Shown here: positions 52,847 through 62,458 of the stretch, piece after piece
Layout: every line of letters begins with the position of its first letter
How positions within the stretch are numbered: the first letter of the stretch is position 1
Assembly: GCA_934102055.1 (NCBI GenBank)
Contig: CAKOSE010000002.1
Coordinates: 35,215 to 99,214, forward strand
Length of the DNA: 64,000 nt
DNA from: an uncultured Bacilli bacterium
GTDB taxonomy: Bacteria; Bacillota_I; Bacilli_A; RF39; UBA660
Direction of reading: 5' to 3'
Made by a program: the position numbers and the translations under genes
The notes under the pieces: model-generated
Told to the model about the DNA's origin: nothing
The model's database searches: none
What the model saw: the letters and a program-made list of their open reading frames with translations, nothing else

Positions 52847-52853
52847 GGTAAAT

Positions 52854-53309
52854 ATGATAAAAATAATTTGTCTAGGAAAAATAAAAGAAAAGTACATCCA
52901 AGAAGCAATCCAAGATTACAAAAAAAGACTATCAAAATACACAAAACTAGAAATAATAGAACTAAAAGATGAAAACGATCAAATACCCAAACAAGCACTA
53001 CAAAAAGAATACGAACAAATAAAAAAACACATATCAGAAAAAGATAACCTAATATTACTAGATCCAAAAGGAAAAACATATACATCAGAAGAACTAGCAA
53101 ACATCATAAACAAAGAACTAACATATAACAGTAATATAACATTTCTAATAGGATCATCAAACGGTTTTGATAAAAAACTAAAAGATCAAATAAACAAAAA
53201 AATATCATTCTCTACCCTAACATTTCCACATGGATTATTCAGAATAATCTTACTAGAACAACTCTACAGAAGTTTTAAAATATTAAATAACGAAACATAT
53301 CATAAATAG
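52854..53309 (+). CDS. rlmH: 23S rRNA pseudouridine1915 N3-methyltransferase RlmH
   Basis: 151 aa SPOUT protein. IGSSNGF...LSFSTLTFPHGLFRIILLEQLYRSF. Confidence 0.93.
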   Translation: MIKIICLGKIKEKYIQEAIQDYKKRLSKYTKLEIIELKDENDQIPKQALQKEYEQIKKHISEKDNLILLDPKGKTYTSEELANIINKELTYNSNITFLIGSSNGFDKKLKDQINKKISFSTLTFPHGLFRIILLEQLYRSFKILNNETYHK

Positions 53310-53327
53310 GAATAACTCCTATTTTTT
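53306..53327 (+). terminator. intrinsic terminator after rlmH
   Basis: ATAGGA, loop ATAAC, TCCTAT, then T-run. Confidence 0.6.
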
Positions 53328-53366
53328 CTATCAAAAAAATGATATAATTCATATGGAGGTAATAAA

Positions 53367-54029
53367 ATGATAACAGAAAAATGGGACATGATACTAGCAA
53401 ACGAATACAAAAAAGAATACTTCATAACCCTATTAAAAACACTACAAAAAGAATATCAAACAAAAACAATATATCCAAAAAAACACGAAGTCTTTAGAGC
53501 AATGCGTCTAACAGATTATGATGATATAAAAGTAGTAATTCTAGGACAAGATCCCTATCATGGCGAAGGAGAAGCCGAAGGCCTATCATTCTCAGTAAAA
53601 GACGGAATAAGAAAACCACCATCACTAAAAAATATATTCAAAGAACTAGAAAACGATCTAGGATACAAAGAACCTCAATCAGGATCACTAGTAAAATGGG
53701 CAAAAGAAGGAGTACTTCTCCTAAACTCATTACTAACAGTAGAAAAAGATAAACCATTATCACACAAAACACTAGGTTGGGAAAGATTCACAGACGAAGT
53801 AATAAAAAAAATAAACGAAAAACAAACCCCAGTAGTATTCATCCTATGGGGAGCATATGCAAGAAGTAAAAAAGCCTATATAACAAACAAAAACCATTAC
53901 ATAATAGAATCAACCCACCCATCACCATTTTCAGCAAGAAATGGCTTCTTTGGTAGTAAACCATTCTCAAAAACAAACAACTTTTTAATATCAAAAAAAA
54001 TTAGTCCAGTTAACTTCAAACTAGACTAA
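53367..54029 (+). CDS. ung: uracil-DNA glycosylase
   Basis: 220 aa. GQDPYH and HPSP motifs. Confidence 0.96.
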   Translation: MITEKWDMILANEYKKEYFITLLKTLQKEYQTKTIYPKKHEVFRAMRLTDYDDIKVVILGQDPYHGEGEAEGLSFSVKDGIRKPPSLKNIFKELENDLGYKEPQSGSLVKWAKEGVLLLNSLLTVEKDKPLSHKTLGWERFTDEVIKKINEKQTPVVFILWGAYARSKKAYITNKNHYIIESTHPSPFSARNGFFGSKPFSKTNNFLISKKISPVNFKLD

Positions 54030-54526
54030 TTTTTAAATATCTCATACTCCTCAAGCTTCCTAACCTTAAAAGACTTACGATCACCAAACTTAAGAACCCT
54101 AAACAACTTATTTAAATAACCCTTAAGAAATATCTCATTATAATTAAGAACATTAGCATTATAATAATCCTTAAGTCCATCAAGATCCTCTTCAAGAACA
54201 TTAAGTTCCTTTATCTTATCCCTAAACTTAGAAATCTTCTTTTCCTTAACATACTTATTTATATCAAAACTAACATTAAACAAAGCATTTTCCTTCTCAT
54301 AAATAGAAAAATCATCACTATACTCAAACTTATCCTTAATCTTCTTACTATTAATATCCTTAAGAAGCTCATTCACAAGATTTAGCTTCTTATCAAGAAC
54401 ATCACTAATATTCTCCTCAGCAATACATATAGATCTATTAATATCCTTAAGTTTAGAATACTTAAAAAATAAATAACCAGCAACAATCACTAACAAAAGT
54501 AAAATAGTTCCAAATATATATATCAT
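54026..54526 (-). CDS. membrane-anchored protein, LemA-like (tentative)
   Basis: 166 aa. N-terminal TM followed by a coiled region loosely following the LemA pattern. Confidence 0.45.
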   Translation of the reverse strand: MIYIFGTILLLLVIVAGYLFFKYSKLKDINRSICIAEENISDVLDKKLNLVNELLKDINSKKIKDKFEYSDDFSIYEKENALFNVSFDINKYVKEKKISKFRDKIKELNVLEEDLDGLKDYYNANVLNYNEIFLKGYLNKLFRVLKFGDRKSFKVRKLEEYEIFKN

Positions 54527-54588
54527 AAAATCACCTATCTTCTGAGAACAATTATATCATAAAAAAAAGAACTTTAAAATAAAAATTC

Positions 54589-54906
54589 TTAAATAACTTT
54601 ATAGTTGATCTCTTCATCAAAAACAATAAAATCCAAATAAATAGTCAAAAGTAAATACCACTTTCCAGTCTTAGGATCACTAATCACAACATGATCCCTA
54701 GCAGCCTGTTCAACAACCCCAGTAAATATCCTATCACGCCACTCATTAGCATCAGGAAAAGTCATATAAAAACTAGCAACCTTCCCCTTATTAAGCCTAA
54801 GTATATTCTCAACATAAGACTGTTCCATAGGTAAATCAGATCCAGAAGGAGCACCACTACTATAATCACTAGAAAAACTATTAGGATTAAAATAACTATT
54901 ATTCAA
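54589..54906 (-). CDS. gerQ: spore coat protein GerQ (YwdL) homologue
   Basis: MEQSYVENILRLNKGKVASFYMTF...RDHVVISDPKTGKWYLLLTIYLDFIVFDEEI matches the GerQ core. TTG 54906 follows AGGTGA; the alternative is GTG 54915. Confidence 0.75.
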   Translation of the reverse strand: MNNSYFNPNSFSSDYSSGAPSGSDLPMEQSYVENILRLNKGKVASFYMTFPDANEWRDRIFTGVVEQAARDHVVISDPKTGKWYLLLTIYLDFIVFDEEINYKVI

Positions 54907-55004
54907 AAAAATCACCTCTAATAAAAGTTATGAAAAAACAAAAAAAATATACTAGAAAAAACATAATAAAAATTATATAATATAATAAGAAAGAAGGAAT
55001 ATAT

Positions 55005-55559
55005 ATGAAAATATCGGTAGGAGTCTCAGTAAGACACGTACACCTAACAAAAGAAGATTACAGTTTATTATTTGATGAACCACTAGAAATAAAAAGTCCG
55101 ATCAATCAACCAGGACAGTTCGCTGCAAAACAAAAAGTAACACTAAAAAACGGAGAAAGAACAATCGAAAACGTAAGAATAATAGGACCACAAAGACCAT
55201 ACACACAAGTAGAAATTTCAAGAACAGACGCATATCATTTAAAATTGAATCCACCAGTAAGACCATCAGGAAAACTAGAAGACGCAGAAACAATAACAAT
55301 AATTGGCCCAAAAGGAGAAATAACAAGAAAAGCAGCAATCATTGCAGATAGACACATCCACATAACACCAGAACAAAGAAAAGAAAAAAACCTAACAAAA
55401 GACATCTACAACGTAGAAATAAAAGGAGAAAAAGGTGGAATAATCTATAACGTTCACATAGTAGAAAAAGAAGCATCATATTTCGAAATGCATATAGACG
55501 CAGACGATGCAAATGCACATAACTTAAAACAAAACGATGAAGTAGAGATCATAAACTAA
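55005..55559 (+). CDS. pduL: phosphate propanoyltransferase/phosphotransacylase PduL
   Basis: 184 aa. Duplicated PduL signature VGVSVRHVHLTKEDYSLLF and IIADRHIHITPE. Confidence 0.88.
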   Translation: MKISVGVSVRHVHLTKEDYSLLFDEPLEIKSPINQPGQFAAKQKVTLKNGERTIENVRIIGPQRPYTQVEISRTDAYHLKLNPPVRPSGKLEDAETITIIGPKGEITRKAAIIADRHIHITPEQRKEKNLTKDIYNVEIKGEKGGIIYNVHIVEKEASYFEMHIDADDANAHNLKQNDEVEIIN

Positions 55560-55562
55560 TCT

Positions 55563-55742
55563 CTACCTTTTCTTATCTCTATAATCCTCAATTAAATCAA
55601 GAATCTCCTCATCAGGATCATCATATTCATCAAAAGAAATACCAATTTCATACAAATCATAATCATTCAAAAGCCCAACATCACTCATAAGATAATACAA
55701 ATACTCACGATTAATGTCCTCTTCTCTATTCCTTTTTATCAT
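55563..55742 (-). CDS. small acidic hypothetical protein (59 aa), start overlaps the PBP stop
   Basis: Below the track cutoff. MIKRNREEDINREYLYYLMSDVGLLNDYDLYEIGISFDEYDDPDEEILDLIEDYRDKKR. Its ATG lies inside the last codons of the upstream gene. Confidence 0.45.
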   Translation of the reverse strand: MIKRNREEDINREYLYYLMSDVGLLNDYDLYEIGISFDEYDDPDEEILDLIEDYRDKKR

Positions 55743-57678
55743 AACTATCCTCCTTTATAATAGGTTCAGTACCCTTTAAGTAATAAAGCACTTTTTTATT
55801 TTCGCTACTTTCACTAACAACATTACCCGTAATAGGATTAACGAGCACCCCTACTACATCATTAGGTAAACTATACCAAGAAGCATCATGATTCTTAAAA
55901 TACTTCTCCATACTAGTAATCCAAGAACTCTTATTACCAGAAATAACCTCTGAAGATATATTAGAACTATCATCATACCCAGCCCAAGATGCAAAAACAA
56001 TTTCTGGATTATATCCCACAACCCAAGAATCAGTATCAGTACTTCCTGTTTTTATAGCATATTTCTTAGTAATGCTAGGAATCATACTATAACAAGTTGG
56101 ATAAGTATAACTAACCAAATTAGGATCATAAGTACTAGTAAGAAGTTCACTAATCATAAAAGTAATATCACTATTAAAAATAGGATCCTCCTTCTTTTTT
56201 TTATATTCATACAAAACGTTACCCTTCTTATCTACAACCTTAGAAATAAGATGAGGTTTAACCTTATATCCACCATTAGCCATAGCAGAATAAGCCCCTG
56301 CAAGTTCCATGATATTAACCTCATAAGTACCAAGAGCAAGAGAAGGAGATTTCTCCATTTTAGAAGTAATGCCAGCTTTTCTCAAAGTATTATAAAGCTC
56401 ATCCTCTCCAAGAAACAAATGAGTCTTAACAGCATAAATATTATCAGAATATGCAATAGCAGCACTAAGAGCAATTTCCTTATTAGCATAAATATTCCCA
56501 TAATTCTTAGGAGAATAAGTTTTTTTACTATCAAAATAAAAACTAGTCTCTTTACTAAGAAAAGTACTACTAGGAGTAAATCCATTCTCAATAGCCTTAT
56601 AATAAAGAAAAGGTTTAACAGTAGAACCAGGTTGTCTCAAAGAACTAATTACCCTATTATACTGACTCTTCCCATAATTCATTCCTCCAATTAAAGCAAT
56701 AACACCCCCACTCTTAGGCTCCATCATAACCTTAGCAGTCTCAACCTTATCATCGACAGAAGCCTTCTTTAAACCATTTTCTAAAGCCTTTTGAGCATCA
56801 AGATCTAAAGTAGTATAAATCTTAATATTACCAGTATCCAAATAACTCTTAGGAATACCGCTCAAAGAATTAAGCTCATTCATAACAGCATCATTATAAT
56901 ATATAAGAGAAGTCAAATCATTCCCAAAATCATTATTCTTAAACACCAGCTTTTCACTAAAAGCAGAATTCATCTCCTTTTCACTTATATACTTATTATT
57001 ATACATTCTCTCAAGAACAACTTTTTGTCGTTTCTTAGAAAGATCATAATTATCAATAGGAGAATAATTAGCAGGACTATTAGGAATACCTGCTAAAATA
57101 GCAGCTTCTCCCAAAGACAAATCCTTAACATCTTTATTAAAATAATACTTAGAAGCATTACTAATCCCATACATACCATGCCCATAATTAATAGTATTCA
57201 AATATCCTTCAAGAATCTCATCTTTACTATAATGAGCCTCAAGTTCATAAGTAAGCCACATCTCCTTCCATTTTCTATTCCATGACTTTTCAAAATCAAG
57301 AAACAAATTCTTAGCATATTGCTGAGTAATAGAAGAAGCCCCCTGCTCTATACCACCAGAAGAAATATTAACAATCATAGCCTTAGCAATTCTTGGATAA
57401 TCAAAACCAAAATGTCTATAAAAATTCTTATCCTCAGTACTTATAGTAGCATTAATAACATAATCATTCATATCCTTTAAAGAAACCCAAGAATCATTAC
57501 CATTACCTTGAAAAACAAGCTTAGACTTATTATCATACACAGAAAAAGCATTAGCACTCTTAATATCAAGTTTAGGAGTCAAAAAAGCATATAAAAACCC
57601 AAACAAATTAAACAAAACAAAAACAAGTATAACAGAAATAATACATTTAACAGATATCTTCCAAACCTTAACTCTCAT
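55726..57678 (-). CDS. class A penicillin-binding protein (glycosyltransferase + transpeptidase)
   Basis: GT51 motifs EDKNFYRHFGFD and GASSITQQ. Transpeptidase motifs STVKP, SDN and KTGS. ATG 57678 lies 8 nt after AAGGAG; the track start is 57720. Confidence 0.95.
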   Translation of the reverse strand: MRVKVWKISVKCIISVILVFVLFNLFGFLYAFLTPKLDIKSANAFSVYDNKSKLVFQGNGNDSWVSLKDMNDYVINATISTEDKNFYRHFGFDYPRIAKAMIVNISSGGIEQGASSITQQYAKNLFLDFEKSWNRKWKEMWLTYELEAHYSKDEILEGYLNTINYGHGMYGISNASKYYFNKDVKDLSLGEAAILAGIPNSPANYSPIDNYDLSKKRQKVVLERMYNNKYISEKEMNSAFSEKLVFKNNDFGNDLTSLIYYNDAVMNELNSLSGIPKSYLDTGNIKIYTTLDLDAQKALENGLKKASVDDKVETAKVMMEPKSGGVIALIGGMNYGKSQYNRVISSLRQPGSTVKPFLYYKAIENGFTPSSTFLSKETSFYFDSKKTYSPKNYGNIYANKEIALSAAIAYSDNIYAVKTHLFLGEDELYNTLRKAGITSKMEKSPSLALGTYEVNIMELAGAYSAMANGGYKVKPHLISKVVDKKGNVLYEYKKKKEDPIFNSDITFMISELLTSTYDPNLVSYTYPTCYSMIPSITKKYAIKTGSTDTDSWVVGYNPEIVFASWAGYDDSSNISSEVISGNKSSWITSMEKYFKNHDASWYSLPNDVVGVLVNPITGNVVSESSENKKVLYYLKGTEPIIKEDSYDKKE

Positions 57679-57778
57679 AAAAAAAGCTCCTTTTCTAAGT
57701 TTAGTATGAAAAAAATCCAAAAAAATATGTGAAATAATAAAAAACTATGCTATAATGACCAAGAAATGGTGTGATGTA

Positions 57779-58111
57779 ATGAGTAAAACAAATATATCTA
57801 TAAAAGTAAATGATTATATCATAACAACAAAAGCAATCAAAAAAGATGACATAATCACATGTATAGACAATAATGACAAAAAAACAAAAATAAAATTAAA
57901 CACACAAGACCTAATCCTAACAAGAGAAAATAACGAAATAACAATAGATATAGACTTCAAAAATAAAAACATAAAATACTACTTAAAAGAACATAATAAA
58001 TACATAACAACAACCATAAAAATAAAAGAACTAAAACAAACAAAAAACAATCTAAAAATAAGATATATAAACGAAAAACAAGAATTTACTCTAGAAGTAG
58101 ACATAAAGTAA
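57779..58111 (+). CDS. hypothetical protein, possibly DUF1934 (YwiB-like)
   Basis: 110 aa with a beta-rich repetitive pattern. The extended -10 TGCTATAAT at 57748-57756 excludes the track start at 57755. Confidence 0.5.
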   Translation: MSKTNISIKVNDYIITTKAIKKDDIITCIDNNDKKTKIKLNTQDLILTRENNEITIDIDFKNKNIKYYLKEHNKYITTTIKIKELKQTKNNLKIRYINEKQEFTLEVDIK

Positions 58112-58253
58112 ATAAAAAAAACATAATTTCACATTATTTTCGTTGACTATTCATAACAAACAAGTTATTATTAAATATCGATAGGGAACCTATCTATAAT
58201 AAAAGAAACAATATCATAAATTAACATATAATGATTTAAGAAAGGGTGTAAAT

Positions 58254-58682
58254 ATGGCAAAAAAATTAACAAAAGAAGAATTAGAACTAATGTCGTATAA
58301 CGACATAGCAAACATCTTATTAAAAGAAAAACCAAAACAATCAACACTAGATATATTTAGTAAAATAGTAGAAATGTTAGAGCTACCGAAAAACGTATTA
58401 GAAAACAAAATAGGAGAGTTCTATACAGCACTTACAAACGATAAAAGATTCATCTTACTAGAAGATGGAAAATGGGATTTAAAACAAAACCATAAAACAG
58501 AAAACATAACACTAGAGGACGATCTAGAAGACTATGAAGAAGAATTAGAAGACTACGAAGAAGAACCAGAAATAGAACCAGAAGAAAACTATAGAGACGA
58601 AACAGATGACGACATATCTGACGTAACAGAAGAATATAAAAACCTAGTCATAGTAAACGAAGCTGAACTAGAAGAAAATTAA
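58254..58682 (+). CDS. rpoE: RNA polymerase delta subunit
   Basis: 142 aa. HARE-HTH N-domain (ELELMSYNDIANILLKE...RFILLEDGKWDLK) and a poly-acidic C-tail. Confidence 0.9.
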   Translation: MAKKLTKEELELMSYNDIANILLKEKPKQSTLDIFSKIVEMLELPKNVLENKIGEFYTALTNDKRFILLEDGKWDLKQNHKTENITLEDDLEDYEEELEDYEEEPEIEPEENYRDETDDDISDVTEEYKNLVIVNEAELEEN

Positions 58683-58691
58683 GGTGATATT

Positions 58692-59753
58692 ATGATAGAA
58701 AGACTAGAAAGCATAGAAGAAAAGTATAACGAAATAACAAAAGAACTAACAAAACAAGAAACGCTAAACAATGTAAAACTATTGACAGAACTTTCAAAAA
58801 AACAGAGTAGTCTTGAAGAAACGGTAACACTTTATAAAAAATACAAAGACATAAAAGATCAAATAAAAGAAGACACAGAACTATTAAAAGATCCAGAGCT
58901 AAAAGAAATAGCAAAAGAAGAATTACAAAATTTAGAACAAGAAAGTGAGTTAATAACACAAAAATTAGAAGTATTACTATTGCCAAAAGACGAAAATGAC
59001 GAAAAAAATATAATAATGGAACTAAGAGGAGCAGCAGGAGGAGACGAAGCAAACATCTTCGCCGGAGATCTATTTAGAATGTATCAAAGATATGCAGAAA
59101 AACAAAACTGGAAAGTAGAAATAATAAACGCCGAAGAATCATCAAGCGGAGGCTTCTCACAAATAGAATGCCTAATCAAAGGAGATAGTGTTTACTCAAA
59201 ACTAAAATACGAAAGCGGAGCACACAGAGTCCAAAGAATACCACAAACAGAATCCGGAGGAAGAATCCATACATCAACTGCAACAGTAATAGTAATGCCA
59301 GAAGAAGAAAACGTAGAAATAGAAGTAAAACCAGAAGATATAAAAGTAGATGTTTATAGATCAGGTGGAGCAGGAGGACAATCAGTAAACACAACAGACT
59401 CAGCAGTAAGAATGACACATATCCCAACAGGAATAGTAGTAACCTGCCAAAACGAAAGAAGTCAGCTTCAAAACAAAGAAAAAGCACTACAAATATTAAA
59501 ATCAAAAATATACGAAGAACAAAAAAGAAAACAAGAAGAAGAATCTGGAAACGAAAGAAGAAGTAAAATAGGAACCGGAGATAGATCAGAAAAAATAAGA
59601 ACATATAACTACCCACAAAACAGAGTAACAGATCATAGAATAGGATTAACACTTAATAAACTAGACAGAATAATCGAAGGAGACCTAGAAGAAATAATCG
59701 AAGCACTAATAAGTGAAGATCAAAAAAGAAAGTTACAAGAAAATGAAGATTAA
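58692..59753 (+). CDS. prfA: peptide chain release factor 1
   Basis: 353 aa. GGQ motif SGGAGGQSVNTTDSAVR. Confidence 0.96.
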   Translation: MIERLESIEEKYNEITKELTKQETLNNVKLLTELSKKQSSLEETVTLYKKYKDIKDQIKEDTELLKDPELKEIAKEELQNLEQESELITQKLEVLLLPKDENDEKNIIMELRGAAGGDEANIFAGDLFRMYQRYAEKQNWKVEIINAEESSSGGFSQIECLIKGDSVYSKLKYESGAHRVQRIPQTESGGRIHTSTATVIVMPEEENVEIEVKPEDIKVDVYRSGGAGGQSVNTTDSAVRMTHIPTGIVVTCQNERSQLQNKEKALQILKSKIYEEQKRKQEEESGNERRSKIGTGDRSEKIRTYNYPQNRVTDHRIGLTLNKLDRIIEGDLEEIIEALISEDQKRKLQENED

Positions 59754-60567
59754 TGATATACTAACAAACGAAAACATCGAAAACAAAAAACTTGCCCTAG
59801 AGCAAGTTTTAAACTTGTCAAAACCAGAACTTCTCTTGAATAAAAATAAAGAATTAACAAAGAAAAACTACAAAGAATATAAAAGAATAATAAAAAAATT
59901 AAACAAAGGCTTACCAATTCAGTATATAACCAAAAAAGCAAACTTCTATGGAAAAGAATACTACGTAAACAAAAACACACTAATACCAAGACCAGAAACA
60001 GAAATCCTAGTCCATAAAACAAACCAACTAATAGAAAAACACATGAACAATAAAAACATAAACATATTAGAAATAGGAACAGGTTCAGGAATAATAGCAA
60101 TAACACTAAAAAAACTAAACAAAAACTACAACATAACAGCAACAGACATCTCAAAAAAAGCCATAAAAGTAGCAAAAAAAAATGCAAAAACCCATAACAC
60201 AACAATAACCTTCAAAAAAACAGATCTATACAAAGGAATAAACCAAAAATATGATATCATAATAAGCAACCCTCCATACATAGAAGAAAACTCACAAAAT
60301 ATAGAAAAAATAGTAAAAGACAACGAACCAAAACAAGCACTATTCGGAGGAAAAGACGGACTAGACTATTACAGAAGAATACTAAAAGACATAACCAAAA
60401 TAATAAACAAAAACCACATAATAGCACTAGAAATTGGAGAAAACCAAGGACAAAAAATAAAAAAAATAATAAAAAAATATCTCCCAAAAGACAAAATAAT
60501 CATAAAAAAAGACTACAATAATTACGATAGATATATCTATATAATATCCAAAGACCAAGAAAAATAA
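59743..60567 (+). CDS. prmC: release factor glutamine N5-methyltransferase PrmC
   Basis: GTGSG SAM motif and ISNPPYI. ATG 59743 overlaps the prfA stop; the track start is 59713. Confidence 0.92.
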   Translation: MKINDILTNENIENKKLALEQVLNLSKPELLLNKNKELTKKNYKEYKRIIKKLNKGLPIQYITKKANFYGKEYYVNKNTLIPRPETEILVHKTNQLIEKHMNNKNINILEIGTGSGIIAITLKKLNKNYNITATDISKKAIKVAKKNAKTHNTTITFKKTDLYKGINQKYDIIISNPPYIEENSQNIEKIVKDNEPKQALFGGKDGLDYYRRILKDITKIINKNHIIALEIGENQGQKIKKIIKKYLPKDKIIIKKDYNNYDRYIYIISKDQEK

Positions 60568-60627
60568 TTGATTTTTTTCTTTTTTTATGATAAAATCTAT
60601 ATAAATTTATTCAAAGGGGGACTAATC

Positions 60628-61779
60628 GTGAAAAAACAAAACCAAATAATTGAAGTAGTACTAGATAAAACAAATCAAAAAGTAGAAACATTCATAGTAA
60701 ATGGAAAAGAATATAAAAGAAAAGATAAAGAAACATATAAAGAATTCCTAACAAGAATCTCTAAAAAAAGAAGAAACAAAGAAATATTTAAAAATAACTA
60801 TAACAAAGAAACAATAAAAGTATATACACAAGAAGAATATAAAAGAAAAGATCAAAAAACAATAAAAAACATAAAACTATATCAAAACAACATAAATAGA
60901 TGTAAAAAAGCAGTCCTAAACGGTTCTCAAATAAAACTAAAACACTCAGAATATAACCTAGGAAAACAAATATCTGCAACACAAGATATAGGAAATAAAA
61001 AAGCAAACCAAGAAGATTCAGTATTAATCTTAGAACATCCCAAAAACAAAAACTTCAAACTACTAGCAGTAGCAGACGGTATAGGAGGAAGAGAACAAGG
61101 AGAATTAGCAAGTAATAACGTCATGAAAAAACTAATTAAATGGTTTGAAAACCAAAACCAAAAAACATATATAAATATAGCAAGAGGAACATTAGCATTA
61201 GATAAATTAATGAAAAACATCTTAGACGACGTAGAAATAAGTACACAAGCAGGAACAACCCTATCACTTGCACTAGTAGGACAAACAGAAACCCTAATAG
61301 CAAACATTGGAGATTCAAGAGTATATACCCTAAAAGAACAAGAACTAATAAAGCAAACAAAAGACGATTCATACGTACAAATGTTATATGATAAAAAAGA
61401 AATCCCATCCGAAGAACTAATGAGATATCATAAACAAAGCAACATAATAACAAAAGCAATAAAAAAAGGAACCCCAAACAAACTAACATATAAAATAATA
61501 GACAACAACTCATACGAAAGAATAATCCTAACAACAGATGGAGTAACAGACTGCCTATCACAAAAAGAAATCCAAACAATAGCACAAGTCGCAGACAAAG
61601 AAACAATAACAAAAGATCTAGTAGACTGTGCAAAAATAAATTATAGTACCTTACAAAGTCTAAAAAATAACACAAATAAACAAGTAGTAAAACACATAGA
61701 AACAAACGAAAACAAATATCAAAAACAAATCCCCGGAGGAAAAGATAACCTATCCGCAGTAGCATATTCAAAAAAATAA
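60628..61779 (+). CDS. PP2C-family Ser/Thr phosphatase with a novel roughly 140-aa N-terminal extension
   Basis: PP2C motifs NQEDS, VADGIGG, ANIGDSRVY and LTTDGVTD. GTG 60628 follows AAAGGGGGA. Confidence 0.88.
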   Translation: MKKQNQIIEVVLDKTNQKVETFIVNGKEYKRKDKETYKEFLTRISKKRRNKEIFKNNYNKETIKVYTQEEYKRKDQKTIKNIKLYQNNINRCKKAVLNGSQIKLKHSEYNLGKQISATQDIGNKKANQEDSVLILEHPKNKNFKLLAVADGIGGREQGELASNNVMKKLIKWFENQNQKTYINIARGTLALDKLMKNILDDVEISTQAGTTLSLALVGQTETLIANIGDSRVYTLKEQELIKQTKDDSYVQMLYDKKEIPSEELMRYHKQSNIITKAIKKGTPNKLTYKIIDNNSYERIILTTDGVTDCLSQKEIQTIAQVADKETITKDLVDCAKINYSTLQSLKNNTNKQVVKHIETNENKYQKQIPGGKDNLSAVAYSKK

Positions 61780-61825
61780 TGAATAAAACAAAAGAATAAG
61801 TATCATTACCCTTATAGGTGATAAA

Positions 61826-62359
61826 ATGAAAAAACTTATTCTTTTATTATTAGCAGGACTAATCCTAATCGGAGTAATAAATAATTACAAAGAAGACTAT
61901 TACATAATCCCAGATCAATCAATCAGAATAAGAATAATACCAAACAGCAATAGTCTAAAAGATCAATACCTAAAAAAACAAGTAAAAACCAATCTAGAAA
62001 TAGAACTACAAAACAATCTAAAAAACACAGAAACCATAGAAAACACAAGAAAAATAATAAAAAATAACCTAGACAACTACAATAAAAAAATAAAAGAAGT
62101 CTTAACAAATGAAAACACATCACAAAAATTCACAATAGACTACGGTTACCATCACTTCCCAGAAAAAACATATAAAGGAGTAAAATACGAAGAAGGAGAA
62201 TACGAATCACTACTAGTAACTATAGGAAAAGGACAAGGAGATAACTGGTGGTGTGTACTATTTCCACCAATTTGTTCCCTAGAAGAAGACGAACACTCAA
62301 ATGAAAATATAGAATATAGTTTTTATATAAAAGAAATGTTTGATAAATATATAAAATAA
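61826..62359 (+). CDS. spoIIR: stage II sporulation protein R
   Basis: 177 aa. Signal/TM, IRIRIIPNSNS..DQ.LK, and GQGDNWWCVLFPPIC. Confidence 0.9.
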   Translation: MKKLILLLLAGLILIGVINNYKEDYYIIPDQSIRIRIIPNSNSLKDQYLKKQVKTNLEIELQNNLKNTETIENTRKIIKNNLDNYNKKIKEVLTNENTSQKFTIDYGYHHFPEKTYKGVKYEEGEYESLLVTIGKGQGDNWWCVLFPPICSLEEDEHSNENIEYSFYIKEMFDKYIK

Positions 62360-62394
62360 CATCTCTTTTTTTTATGCAAAAATCCCCAAACAAA

Positions 62395-62423
62395 TTGACA
62401 AACACATGTCATAGTGCTACAAT
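62395..62423 (+). promoter_or_regulatory. near-consensus sigma-A promoter with extended -10
   Basis: TTGACA (62395-62400), a 17-nt spacer, then TGC-TACAAT (62415-62423). Confidence 0.65.
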
Positions 62424-62458
62424 AAATGCCAAACCAAAAAGCAAAGGGGGAGCTTTTT

